This document shows, piece by piece, positions 8,218-15,854 of a stretch of DNA of 20,000 nt. This stretch comes from an uncultured virus (IMG/VR IMGVR_UViG_3300046010_001786) (taxonomy: Duplodnaviria; Heunggongvirae; Uroviricota; Caudoviricetes): the IMG/VR virus record IMGVR_UViG_3300046010_001786; one strand, written 5' to 3'. The position numbers and the translations under genes are program-made. Below the pieces are notes generated by a model. The model was not told where the DNA came from, made no database searches, and was given only the letters and a program-made list of their open reading frames with translations. Every line of letters starts with the position of its first letter. Positions within the stretch are counted from its first letter, which is position 1.

Positions 8218-10448
8218 TACCGTTTGCCGTCTGGCTGCGCGTCCAGCCTAGGAGCACCAAGTTGCCATTGCACCCCAAGCCCGTCTGAGCTGATCCGCAT
8301 AGCCATCTGCCGTCCTCTGGTACGGATGAATACCTGTTCCGTGTACTGGTCTACCGTAGTCTGAATGACCGGCTTCTCGTTTAGAGCGTTGTTGGTAAAT
8401 GTTGAACCAGGGAAGTTACGGGACCGAACGCCCATAGTGACTTCGGGATCGTTGGCTGTAGAGCCACTAAAGTTAATGTCTGGGATCACCCGCTTGGTCA
8501 GCATCAGCTTGTCACCGTCCTCGATGTCAAAGTCAGATGACTGGATAAATGCTTCTAGCGGCAGCGTGTTGTCATTCACCCCTACCTCATGGGTATAGAG
8601 GATGCCTGGATTCTGGTTCTGATCCGTAGATACTGCCGTGGGGAAGTCTCTGGAGGACACATCGAGCCAGGCCGTGCGGGTCAAGTTACCGTAATACCAG
8701 ATCCGATCCAGGTGGTTATAGATTACATACCGGTCAACCCAGTTGGAATTGGCGCTGCAATAGAACCACCAGACTTCGTTGTATCCCTCGTTCGTACCGC
8801 AGATTACCTGGTCGGCCTGATTGAAGTTGATGTCCTTGAAGACATACTCTCGCAGCGTGCAAGGCAGCGTCTGTACCCGGCCATCATAGGCATAGAACTT
8901 GTCCAGACCCATCCAGTACGTCACGTTGTTCACTGAGATACATGACCGTGGAGACATGATCGAGATGTTGTCGGCCAGCTCCTGGAGACCAAACACCTCA
9001 ATAGTACCTAGGAACTGAAAGCTGTACAGGTGTGTATCTGTGAAGACCACAATCTCCTGCTTCGTTGGCAGCGCCCGGACAATCCTCGATCCACGGGACA
9101 CCCGAATAAATCCAGCGGAGTTCGTCAGCAACGGTGTCCAAACGTTTGGCTGATCCTGCGTAGCCCAACGAATCAGGAGAGGGTCGAAATCACCGACAGA
9201 CCCGGCGTATGGCTGGCACCCAAACGCTAGAAGGTGTTTATCGTTTTGTGAGACCAGAATTTGATAGGCTGAATCAGGAACGTCTGCCGGGGCCACGCCA
9301 TCTAATGTCAGCCCAGAAAGAAGAACCGCCCGAGTGTTAAGTGACGCCTGTGGGTTTGTAGCCGTGTCTCGCACCCAGTAGTAGATTGGTCCGCCGGTAG
9401 AGATACCAGAACCAGTCGTAATGGCCCGGATGTTCATCACCAGGTCATTGTCAAAGTTATCAAAAAACCAATCCCGCTGCGGAAGGTTTACGGGAACAGG
9501 ACTAGCAAGCCCCCAACCAGTCGGAGACGATACAAGTTGAGCGCTGTGTGTTCCACTCTGTGTTCCCGTAGTATTGATGACTGCACCAGCAGATCCGTTA
9601 GGCAGAATCAAAGCAAGATTACATGTGTTACCAGAGGCTCCAACCACGTAATAAGACACGCCAGCAGAAAGCCCTGTAGGCAACGCACCGGTCGTAGACA
9701 AAATGATGACTGTGTTGTCCGCTGGGGTATAAGCAGCAAATGTCAAAACAGCCGGGGATGCAATAGTTACTGTAAACGTACCCATCGTAGAAAGCCCGGT
9801 TGTTCCACCGAAACCACCAGTCCCCCACCCGTAACCCGCCGTCTGGAGAGGAAAGCCTGGATGGATCTGGCATCCAACAAAGATCGCTGTACCACCCCCG
9901 TTACTCACGGTTGATGTGGCCGCAGTCGATACGGTAATCGTAAAGTTATTGTTATCTGTAACAGATGTTACAGTGTGCTCCGCGTTCAATATGGCACTGG
10001 GTATACCGCCTACGTCAGTCGCACCGGCAATCGTGATGTAGTCACCAACTAGGCATCCATGCGCCGTGATGTTGATATTGACTGTGGTTGAACCATTAGT
10101 CGTATCAATACAGTTATCTGTAGTGGGAGTCTTAAATGTGTACTCTTCATCGGGCGAGGCAAGTGGACTGCGGATAGGCGTGATGTCGTAGAACAACCCA
10201 CCAACCTCGATGTAGACCTTCTGATCCGTACCAACCGCCAGAAAGTTATCTGAATACGAAGTAACCCAGTTCCAGAGCTGCCGACAGGTTCCAATGAACC
10301 GCTCAGTCGTAGCTTCTACCCAGCCGCCAATCTTCTGCGGGAATCCAGAGTAAAACCGGACTTTGTCGCACTCGTAATAGCCGCCCTCGTTGGCGTAGTT
10401 CGTGGTGTCACGATTGATACCAGGACGCAGGACGATCTTTTTAAGCAT
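8217..10448 (-). CDS. Tail hub/nozzle protein, P22 gp10-like (packaged DNA stabilization), 743 aa
   Basis: N-terminal PGINRDTT.Y..EGG...CDKVRF..G.PQKIGGW; propeller-like repeats (DPLLIRWA, YWMGLDKFYAYDGRVQTLPC, EVWWFY, DRYVIYN...WYYG); C-terminal RTRGRQMAMRI...WQLG.PRLD..PDG.R. Located upstream of the ejection genes. Confidence 0.75.
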   Translation of the reverse strand: MLKKIVLRPGINRDTTNYANEGGYYECDKVRFYSGFPQKIGGWVEATTERFIGTCRQLWNWVTSYSDNFLAVGTDQKVYIEVGGLFYDITPIRSPLASPDEEYTFKTPTTDNCIDTTNGSTTVNINITAHGCLVGDYITIAGATDVGGIPSAILNAEHTVTSVTDNNNFTITVSTAATSTVSNGGGTAIFVGCQIHPGFPLQTAGYGWGTGGFGGTTGLSTMGTFTVTIASPAVLTFAAYTPADNTVIILSTTGALPTGLSAGVSYYVVGASGNTCNLALILPNGSAGAVINTTGTQSGTHSAQLVSSPTGWGLASPVPVNLPQRDWFFDNFDNDLVMNIRAITTGSGISTGGPIYYWVRDTATNPQASLNTRAVLLSGLTLDGVAPADVPDSAYQILVSQNDKHLLAFGCQPYAGSVGDFDPLLIRWATQDQPNVWTPLLTNSAGFIRVSRGSRIVRALPTKQEIVVFTDTHLYSFQFLGTIEVFGLQELADNISIMSPRSCISVNNVTYWMGLDKFYAYDGRVQTLPCTLREYVFKDINFNQADQVICGTNEGYNEVWWFYCSANSNWVDRYVIYNHLDRIWYYGNLTRTAWLDVSSRDFPTAVSTDQNQNPGILYTHEVGVNDNTLPLEAFIQSSDFDIEDGDKLMLTKRVIPDINFSGSTANDPEVTMGVRSRNFPGSTFTNNALNEKPVIQTTVDQYTEQVFIRTRGRQMAMRISSDGLGVQWQLGAPRLDAQPDGKR

Positions 10449-10450
10449 GA

Positions 10451-10918
10451 TTAAGCAACCAATCCAGGTAGATACATCACCTTACCGTCTCTTCTTGTTG
10501 CAGTAAGATTTTGTTTCTTTAAGTTTTGTGGGTCATACGACACGTGTACCCATCCACTATCAGGTACGCCCGGCGTTACAAACTCAAGAATCAATTGGGT
10601 GTACGTTAAATTATTTGCTATCCATTCTGCTAAATCTGGATTTCCTACCCCCGGTATCTCAATGTCAGCAGCCATTCCTCGGCAGTGATCCGAGGTTCTA
10701 GACCCCCCTACTTTAGCATTTACATCCGGCGAGCGATAGCCCGAATTAACCTTGACGCCCTTCTGGTAGTGGTCACGGATGGGCTGCAATACGTTGGCGC
10801 AGAGGTTCAAAAGATTGTTCAGTTCGTCTGGGCCAGGGTTGTTTGGTAGGTCATGGCGCAGCGCAGTCTCAGACTTCACCATCTCGGCAAGGCTAAAGTT
10901 CTTGGTCAGTTGGGTCAT
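10451..10918 (-). CDS. Endolysin, peptidase M15A-type Zn peptidase
   Basis: LTKNFSLAEM, SGYRS, VGGSRTSDHCRGMAADI (His and Asp Zn ligands) and WVHVSY (third ligand). Follows the holin-like gene with an ATGA overlap. Confidence 0.9.
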   Translation of the reverse strand: MTQLTKNFSLAEMVKSETALRHDLPNNPGPDELNNLLNLCANVLQPIRDHYQKGVKVNSGYRSPDVNAKVGGSRTSDHCRGMAADIEIPGVGNPDLAEWIANNLTYTQLILEFVTPGVPDSGWVHVSYDPQNLKKQNLTATRRDGKVMYLPGLVA

Positions 10919-11352
10919 TTCTTCTCCAGCAGATCGTCAATTTGCTTGGTTTTCTCTTTACTACCAGCAGAACTACCGAAGTAATACCCAAGCACCATCG
11001 TCATAGCAGAGGTAAGACCACCTAGCACATAGACCAGAATGTCTTTTGACTGGGCATTGACATCCACAAAGATGATGACGGTAAAGAGGATAAAGGTCAG
11101 ACCAACCGTGCCTAGCGCCAGGATAGGCGTCACCACCTTGCTGATAAAGGGTGCATTGGTTGATACGGCAATCTCAATCTCCCGCCGTCTGGCTGAGTCC
11201 ATCTCTTTAGCCATGAACTCCAGCTCAGCAAGGTCACCCTTCTGCGCCATCTCCATGAGTTTGGCTTGGGCTTCTGCTTTAGCACCGGGGTCTGGAATGA
11301 CCTTATCTAAGACCTTCTCACCAATCGATAACAGGGCGGCTATGGGTAGCAT
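10915..11352 (-). CDS. Holin-like membrane protein (resembles the GTA 3TM holin family)
   Basis: N-terminal KVLDKVIPDP..KAEAQ and DSARRRE motifs, two hydrophobic helices and C-terminal YYFGSSAGSKEK. Directly upstream of the endolysin. Confidence 0.75.
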   Translation of the reverse strand: MLPIAALLSIGEKVLDKVIPDPGAKAEAQAKLMEMAQKGDLAELEFMAKEMDSARRREIEIAVSTNAPFISKVVTPILALGTVGLTFILFTVIIFVDVNAQSKDILVYVLGGLTSAMTMVLGYYFGSSAGSKEKTKQIDDLLEKK

Positions 11353-11586
11353 TTACTTTCCTATCCTTGTGCTTGCGACGCCGGAGATCACACCAATAGC
11401 CACCAGCATAATCTCTTTCAAAATCTCAAGAAACTTCTGGTCTATGGGAGCCATCTGTGTCAGGTCATGGTCTACGAACAAAACACTAAGAATGATGCCA
11501 ATGGTTGAGATAACCAGCAACGACAGCACGCCTATGACCACCGTGGCCCAGACTATCGTTTGAATTTCTTCTGCTGTGTATTTCAT
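11353..11586 (-). CDS. Small two-TM membrane protein (possible second holin/antiholin)
   Basis: Two hydrophobic segments (IVWATVVIGVLSLLVISTIGIILSVLFV; IMLVAIGVISGVA). Abuts or overlaps both neighbours. Confidence 0.6.
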   Translation of the reverse strand: MKYTAEEIQTIVWATVVIGVLSLLVISTIGIILSVLFVDHDLTQMAPIDQKFLEILKEIMLVAIGVISGVASTRIGK

Positions 11587-12050
11587 CCTCGGCCTTTCAA
11601 CATGTATAACCAGATTGCACCGACCATCAGCCCAACAAATATAGACCCTGCCACAAACAACCAGAACCCCAGAAGAAGCTGTTCCATCAGTCTTGCACGG
11701 CGAACTTTCTTCTCCTGCGCTGCCTTTGCTACTTCTCGTGCTGCTGCTTCTCTATTCTGCCTAGCCTTGACTTGAAACGCTTGCCAGTCATCCCACAGCC
11801 CAGGTCTGCCCTGGTAGATAAACATTTCCCGCAGTTCCTGCTCTTGCTTCTTTAACTGCTCTAGCGCAAAGAATTCTTCTAGGTCGTTGCGCTTGTGATC
11901 CGGTGTTGCTACTACTTTTTCTTGAATCTTTGCCTTGTTGTCGAAATACTCAAATACCGCTTTGCCAGCCTGGATGATCTCCCCGCTGTTATTGATAGCC
12001 TCCTTTATCACTGCAAAGGCTGCGTTGGCAGCAGCAAGTTCTAACAACAT
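11583..12050 (-). CDS. Hypothetical coiled-coil protein with C-terminal TM anchor
   Basis: Helical, charged body (LEEFFALEQLKKQEQELREM, GRPGLWDDW), a basic stretch, then about 25 hydrophobic residues at the C-terminus. Confidence 0.7.
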   Translation of the reverse strand: MLLELAAANAAFAVIKEAINNSGEIIQAGKAVFEYFDNKAKIQEKVVATPDHKRNDLEEFFALEQLKKQEQELREMFIYQGRPGLWDDWQAFQVKARQNREAAAREVAKAAQEKKVRRARLMEQLLLGFWLFVAGSIFVGLMVGAIWLYMLKGRG

Positions 12051-12065
12051 GACAGACCCTTTCCA

Positions 12066-12377
12066 TTACCAAGGAACCCCTTGGGCGGTTTGTACGTGCT
12101 GCTTAGCTATGGAAGAAATTAAACCTCGCTCCATCTGAGCAATTCTTTCTGGGCCTAACTGCTCTTGAACCCATGCAATAGTCTCAGCTTCAGTGAGCTG
12201 GTCAAACGGTATAAAGTCTGGGTCTGACGGAGACTTGTACGGCACCTTTTGGCCCACGTTTCCATTGGCTTTATATTGACCATCTACCATCGAGACATTG
12301 CAACAAACCATGATTACCACGCCTTCTGGCACGGTACGAATTAGGTTATATACATTCCAGATCATCTGGTTATCCAT
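12066..12377 (-). CDS. Small tail-fibre-associated hypothetical protein
   Basis: FIPFDQLTE...IAWV...LG and terminal G-x-PW motifs, a pattern I recognise from small genes following phage fibre genes. 8-nt overlap with the fibre gene. Confidence 0.65.
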   Translation of the reverse strand: MDNQMIWNVYNLIRTVPEGVVIMVCCNVSMVDGQYKANGNVGQKVPYKSPSDPDFIPFDQLTEAETIAWVQEQLGPERIAQMERGLISSIAKQHVQTAQGVPW

Positions 12378-14019
12378 TCACCTTCTCCTTCAACGCATTG
12401 ATCTCTGCACGGAGCTTCTGAATCTCTTTCAGCATCGGCGCAATAAGCTGTTCGTAATTGATGCCAGCAACTTCACCCTTAACAAATGCACAAATCTCTG
12501 GGCGCACAGTAACAACGTCTTCGGCAATAAGGCCAAACTCTGCTGTTTCATGGATCTTGCCCGTATAGGAACCGTCTTCAGCTCTTTCACGACGGTTATA
12601 TGACACAGGCTCCAAAGACATCAACCAGTCTGCGTCTGCTATTGGCGCAATGTTAGCCTTCGACTCACGGGTAGAACTTAAGGTGCCAACAAGCCCGGTG
12701 TTATCTATATAAAGAGCACGATTAGTGCCGCCTACCGCAATTGAATACGTATCATCAAACAACACTCTATTGTCGGCTCGCAAAGAATACGTGCGACCAG
12801 CAGCTACTGTTTTAAGAGACGCATTTGCCGCTGGAGTGTCATTAATACCAATCTCTCCAGTTGCGGTAATTAATATGCGACCAAATCCGTCTGTATAAAT
12901 AGCAAAGTCTTGTGTTACACCAGTACCAACAGAATTTGATTCTATAAATGCGTTAATTGGAGAAGAGTAAAGAGATACATAGCTACAATTTGCTGGGTCT
13001 GTTGACCCATACAGAATTAATGACGTATCACTTTGTATTGACGAGACTCCAGGAATTACCCCTAAAGAAGTTCCCATAGTCGGCGTTGAGTGCTGCAACA
13101 AAAAACCATTAGCGTTTTGCGAATCAAACTTCGCTTGAAGCCTTCTAGCATCTCCACTAAATACTAAGTTGGCACCAATAGTTTGATTGGCCGTAAACGT
13201 CTGGGCTTCTTCAAGAAACGCAAAGGTTCTGTTGCCTGACACAGCAGGTACTGTCAGCGTCCTGGCTGCATTGGTGGTGTAGTTAATTGTTGCTTTGTTA
13301 GTCTGGGTGCCAACGTTCAATGTACCAATGTTGCCGGTGGTCATTGAAATTGTTGATGCTGAAAAAGAACCTGTTCCGTCTCTGGCCACAATCGTGGATG
13401 CTGTACTTGCAGACGCTGTAGTGATCGCGTGGGTGTGAGTTGATCCAGACACTAGGTTAGTTGTCGTGGTGTCGAGCGTGCTTGGCGTTCCAAGAGTTAC
13501 CGATCCAGTCGTGGTAATCGTGGAGAAGTTCATCCCATTACCAGCCGCAACAGATGAGACCGTGCCACCTGCCGTGGAGATTGCCGCCCCGCCAATCGTT
13601 GCTCCAGCAGGAAGATTAGTCACCGCGTTTACTACGTCCGTCCCATTGTTGTATAGGTGCATCGTCGCACCGTTGGGCACAGAGACACCTGTCTGGCCAG
13701 CTACCTTGACCGTAACCGCAAATCCACCAGTCGTACCGTTTTTGACGATGTAAGCTTTTTGGACCGCTGGAACTTCTAGGACAGCAGCTCCGCCAGGCGT
13801 GCCCGTAAGGTTCAGATAAAGCGCCCGAGCATCTTGTGCCGCATTGGTATTTGTGAGCGTGAGCTGTTCAGTTGTGCTCGACATCGTCACATCTGCTTTG
13901 CCACCTATGGCCTGCTCAATGGCTGTGCCTAGGTTCGTGTTTGTGGTTTGCCCCCACGTCGAAACCTGTTCGCCAGTACCAATTAACTCAATTTTTAAAG
14001 GTGAGTATGTAGATGCCAT
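12370..14019 (-). CDS. Tail fibre/spike with C-terminal intramolecular chaperone (peptidase S74-type), 549 aa
   Basis: N-terminal virion-attachment region (MASTYSPLKIELIGTGEQVSTWGQTTNTNL), Thr/Gly-rich shaft, then SSTRESKANI...LMSLEPVSY...FGLIAEDV...INYEQLIAPMLKEIQKL plus coiled coil. Ser and Lys are 5 residues apart as in the S-D-x-R-x-K autocleavage dyad. RBS AAGGA lies within the endonuclease 3' end. Confidence 0.85.
   Translation of the reverse strand: MASTYSPLKIELIGTGEQVSTWGQTTNTNLGTAIEQAIGGKADVTMSSTTEQLTLTNTNAAQDARALYLNLTGTPGGAAVLEVPAVQKAYIVKNGTTGGFAVTVKVAGQTGVSVPNGATMHLYNNGTDVVNAVTNLPAGATIGGAAISTAGGTVSSVAAGNGMNFSTITTTGSVTLGTPSTLDTTTTNLVSGSTHTHAITTASASTASTIVARDGTGSFSASTISMTTGNIGTLNVGTQTNKATINYTTNAARTLTVPAVSGNRTFAFLEEAQTFTANQTIGANLVFSGDARRLQAKFDSQNANGFLLQHSTPTMGTSLGVIPGVSSIQSDTSLILYGSTDPANCSYVSLYSSPINAFIESNSVGTGVTQDFAIYTDGFGRILITATGEIGINDTPAANASLKTVAAGRTYSLRADNRVLFDDTYSIAVGGTNRALYIDNTGLVGTLSSTRESKANIAPIADADWLMSLEPVSYNRRERAEDGSYTGKIHETAEFGLIAEDVVTVRPEICAFVKGEVAGINYEQLIAPMLKEIQKLRAEINALKEKVNG
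13963..14019 (-). repeat. Downstream (functional) copy of the duplicated 19-codon tail fibre 5' end
   Basis: ATG GCA TCT ACA TAC TCA CCT TTA AAA ATT GAG TTA ATT GGT ACT GGC GAA CAG GTT = MASTYSPLKIELIGTGEQV; 39/57 nt identical to 14830..14886. Confidence 0.95.
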
Positions 14020-14811
14020 TTACAAATCCTTTGTTAAATAAACATGGGCCTTGCGTTTTTTTATCAACAAAACCATTTTCTTAGAAACGCTATGAGCTTT
14101 TGCGGTTTGCGCTAAGGATAAATTTGAATAAAAAATTTCTTTTACCGTCTCTTCAGAAAGTTTTGCGTTTTTACTACGCTTCCCTTGAACTGCTAATTTT
14201 TGTGCAGCTATGGTAACTGCACGTAACCTATCAAACATTTCTTTTGTTTGTTGTCGTCTTTCGTTGCTTAATGGAAGTTTCCTTGATCCTTGTTTAACTA
14301 AAATTGGTGGGTGCTGTGCATCTAAATGCTTCCAACACTTTCCTTGCCTTGCTGCTTTAATTGTATCGACATTGATCTTTTGCCCAAACGCTTCTTCAAG
14401 CATCTCTAACAATTCCCTATTTGACTTGTTCCACAGACTAGGGCTTCTGATAAACGCAACCATCTCTTCTGTAAGTTTTGCGTTATGAGACTCTTCTCCT
14501 ATTTTGCGAACAACTTTGCCTTCTCCTTCTCCTCCCAAAGTAAGGTTGTATCCTCCACTACGTACATACGATCCGTACTGCGCTATCAATCCTTTTTCTA
14601 CAGCTTGTATCTCTAATCGATCAACACCTTCATACAATAGGACAATTTGAAACTGGTCTATTCCGTGCTTTCGCATAGCCTTATACAACGGCGTATCAAG
14701 ACCAGAACGAGCGGCGCATTTGTGCTCTCGCCAACGCTTTTCCAATGAACAGGCAGTAATGCCAATATACAACTTGTCATTTATTTTGTTAGTGATCTTG
14801 TATACGTACAT
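14020..14811 (-). CDS. Free-standing GIY-YIG homing endonuclease (Seg/I-TevI-like catalytic domain) with two C-terminal HTH-like modules
   Basis: YVYKITNKINDKLYIGIT (GIY...YIG variant), conserved Arg/His in KRWREH, Glu in VEKGLI, GYNLTLGGEG. Two repeats GEESHNAKLTEEMV and GKRSKNAKLSEETV. AT-richer than the flanks (60-nt lines sampled at 33-47% GC vs 50-55%). Confidence 0.92.
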   Translation of the reverse strand: MYVYKITNKINDKLYIGITACSLEKRWREHKCAARSGLDTPLYKAMRKHGIDQFQIVLLYEGVDRLEIQAVEKGLIAQYGSYVRSGGYNLTLGGEGEGKVVRKIGEESHNAKLTEEMVAFIRSPSLWNKSNRELLEMLEEAFGQKINVDTIKAARQGKCWKHLDAQHPPILVKQGSRKLPLSNERRQQTKEMFDRLRAVTIAAQKLAVQGKRSKNAKLSEETVKEIFYSNLSLAQTAKAHSVSKKMVLLIKKRKAHVYLTKDL

Positions 14812-14817
14812 TGCAAT

Positions 14818-14886
14818 TTAAACTCCGGCTACCTGCTCACCGGTTCCAATCAGTTCAATCTTTAATGGGCTGTAATCACTTGCCAT
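14818..14886 (-). pseudogene. 22-codon mini-ORF MASDYSPLKIELIGTGEQVAGV*, displaced 5' remnant of the tail fibre gene
   Basis: ATG at 14886, 3 nt after the previous stop, with a GGAG RBS. 18 of the first 19 aa match the N-terminus of 12370..14019. TAA at 14820-14818. Confidence 0.9.
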
Positions 14887-14889
14887 GAT

Positions 14890-15270
14890 TTACTCCGCTT
14901 CTACGTTGCCTGCGACCTGCATTTCAATCCAAGAACCCGTGTCTTCATCCCACGAATACATACCGCCTTCAGGCATTGGCACCGGTGCCTCCCACTGGGC
15001 CGTGTCATTGTTCAGCAGCCAAGACGCAAAAGGTTTGGGCGGTACAAACGCATCAATGTCGGCGTTGTAGGTGTAACCGATACCAGCGTAGTTCTTGCGG
15101 ATGGTGCCGTTGTAAGAGGTTTGCTTCCATGTGCCGCCAAAGAGTTTCTCGCAGAACGCAGCCCCGATGTATTCCTTCTCCACACCATTAGCGTCTGCCG
15201 TGTCTTTGTTAGCCACCACGATGACTTGCGTCACCACGTTATTACCGTCAATCTGGGCGAAGTGCGCCAT
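14890..15270 (-). CDS. Conserved phage hypothetical protein (MAHFA-type), possible fibre assembly factor
   Basis: MAHFAQID..NVVTQVIVV, WKQTSYN...RKNYAGIGYTY...DAFVPPKPFASW...WEAPVPMP...YSWDE. RBS AAGGAG. I recognise this pattern from genes beside Gly-rich fibre genes; function is inferred. Confidence 0.75.
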   Translation of the reverse strand: MAHFAQIDGNNVVTQVIVVANKDTADANGVEKEYIGAAFCEKLFGGTWKQTSYNGTIRKNYAGIGYTYNADIDAFVPPKPFASWLLNNDTAQWEAPVPMPEGGMYSWDEDTGSWIEMQVAGNVEAE

Positions 15271-15281
15271 TTAGATCTCCT

Positions 15282-15854
15282 TTACCAAGTCCATGAAACG
15301 TATGAATAACGAATGCCCGATTTCACAGGCTTTACCTCATGCGGATACATGAAGTTACTGGGAAAAACTACTACCGCCCCAGCAGGCAGATGAATACGGT
15401 GGTCACCAAACATCATCAACTCACCGCCTTCGTAATCGTCGTTTAAAGCACCCAGTATCGTCAAGGTTGGGATGCCTTTTCGCTGACCATCAAACATCGA
15501 ATGAATGTGGTCACAGTGCAGTTTCATCTGCGTGGTCGGGTCATACCGGTTAAACCGAATATTGGTGTACCCATTCCAGCCGCCAAACCAAGACTCAAAA
15601 CTAGCGAAGTCCTTTAATACATAGCGCTCGACGGCAAACCAGACCTGCTTATTGATCTCGGCCTTCTCTGCAATATCGTCATGGCTAATGGCTAGTTCGT
15701 GGTCGTAACTGACATAAGAGTCAGTCCCAGACTGATAGAAGGTGTGCTGCTTCCAGTTGATCTTGTCGAGGTTCTCTGAAGCCGACTTGCATAGATCCAC
15801 AGGTAGGTGGTTTTCATACACCTTGACATAATCTAGGAGATTCTGCGGCGTCAC
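15282..15854 (-). CDS. Prolyl-4-hydroxylase-like 2OG-Fe(II) oxygenase
   Basis: HxD (HCD), LNDDYEGGEL, VVFPSNFMYPHEVKPV (distal His) and G-x-RYSYVSW (2OG-binding Arg). GTG start overlapping the upstream TGA. Confidence 0.9.
   Translation of the reverse strand: MTPQNLLDYVKVYENHLPVDLCKSASENLDKINWKQHTFYQSGTDSYVSYDHELAISHDDIAEKAEINKQVWFAVERYVLKDFASFESWFGGWNGYTNIRFNRYDPTTQMKLHCDHIHSMFDGQRKGIPTLTILGALNDDYEGGELMMFGDHRIHLPAGAVVVFPSNFMYPHEVKPVKSGIRYSYVSWTW

Larger units (their letters stand above)
13963..14829 (-). mobile_element. Putative homing cassette: GIY-YIG gene plus replacement 5' end of the target gene
   Basis: Deleting this interval fuses the upstream MASDYSPLKIELIGTGEQV in frame to STWGQTTN..., giving one intact fibre gene directly behind 14890..15270. 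Exact boundaries are uncertain. Confidence 0.75.

Noticed and set aside
13963..14886. Group I intron or intein housing the GIY-YIG gene
   Set aside because: Only 6 non-coding nt precede the endonuclease and none follow, leaving no evident room for a ribozyme core. The gene has its own start and stop and no intein termini. The downstream fibre gene is already complete without splicing.
13963..14886. IS/transposon with target-site duplication
   Set aside because: No transposase or terminal inverted repeats. The flanking copies are conserved in protein but only 68% identical in DNA, unlike a TSD.
14821..14925. QVAG occurs at the end of both the MAHFA protein (MQVAGNVEAE) and the mini-ORF (EQVAGV)
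   Set aside because: Only four residues with differing codons; cannot be distinguished from chance.
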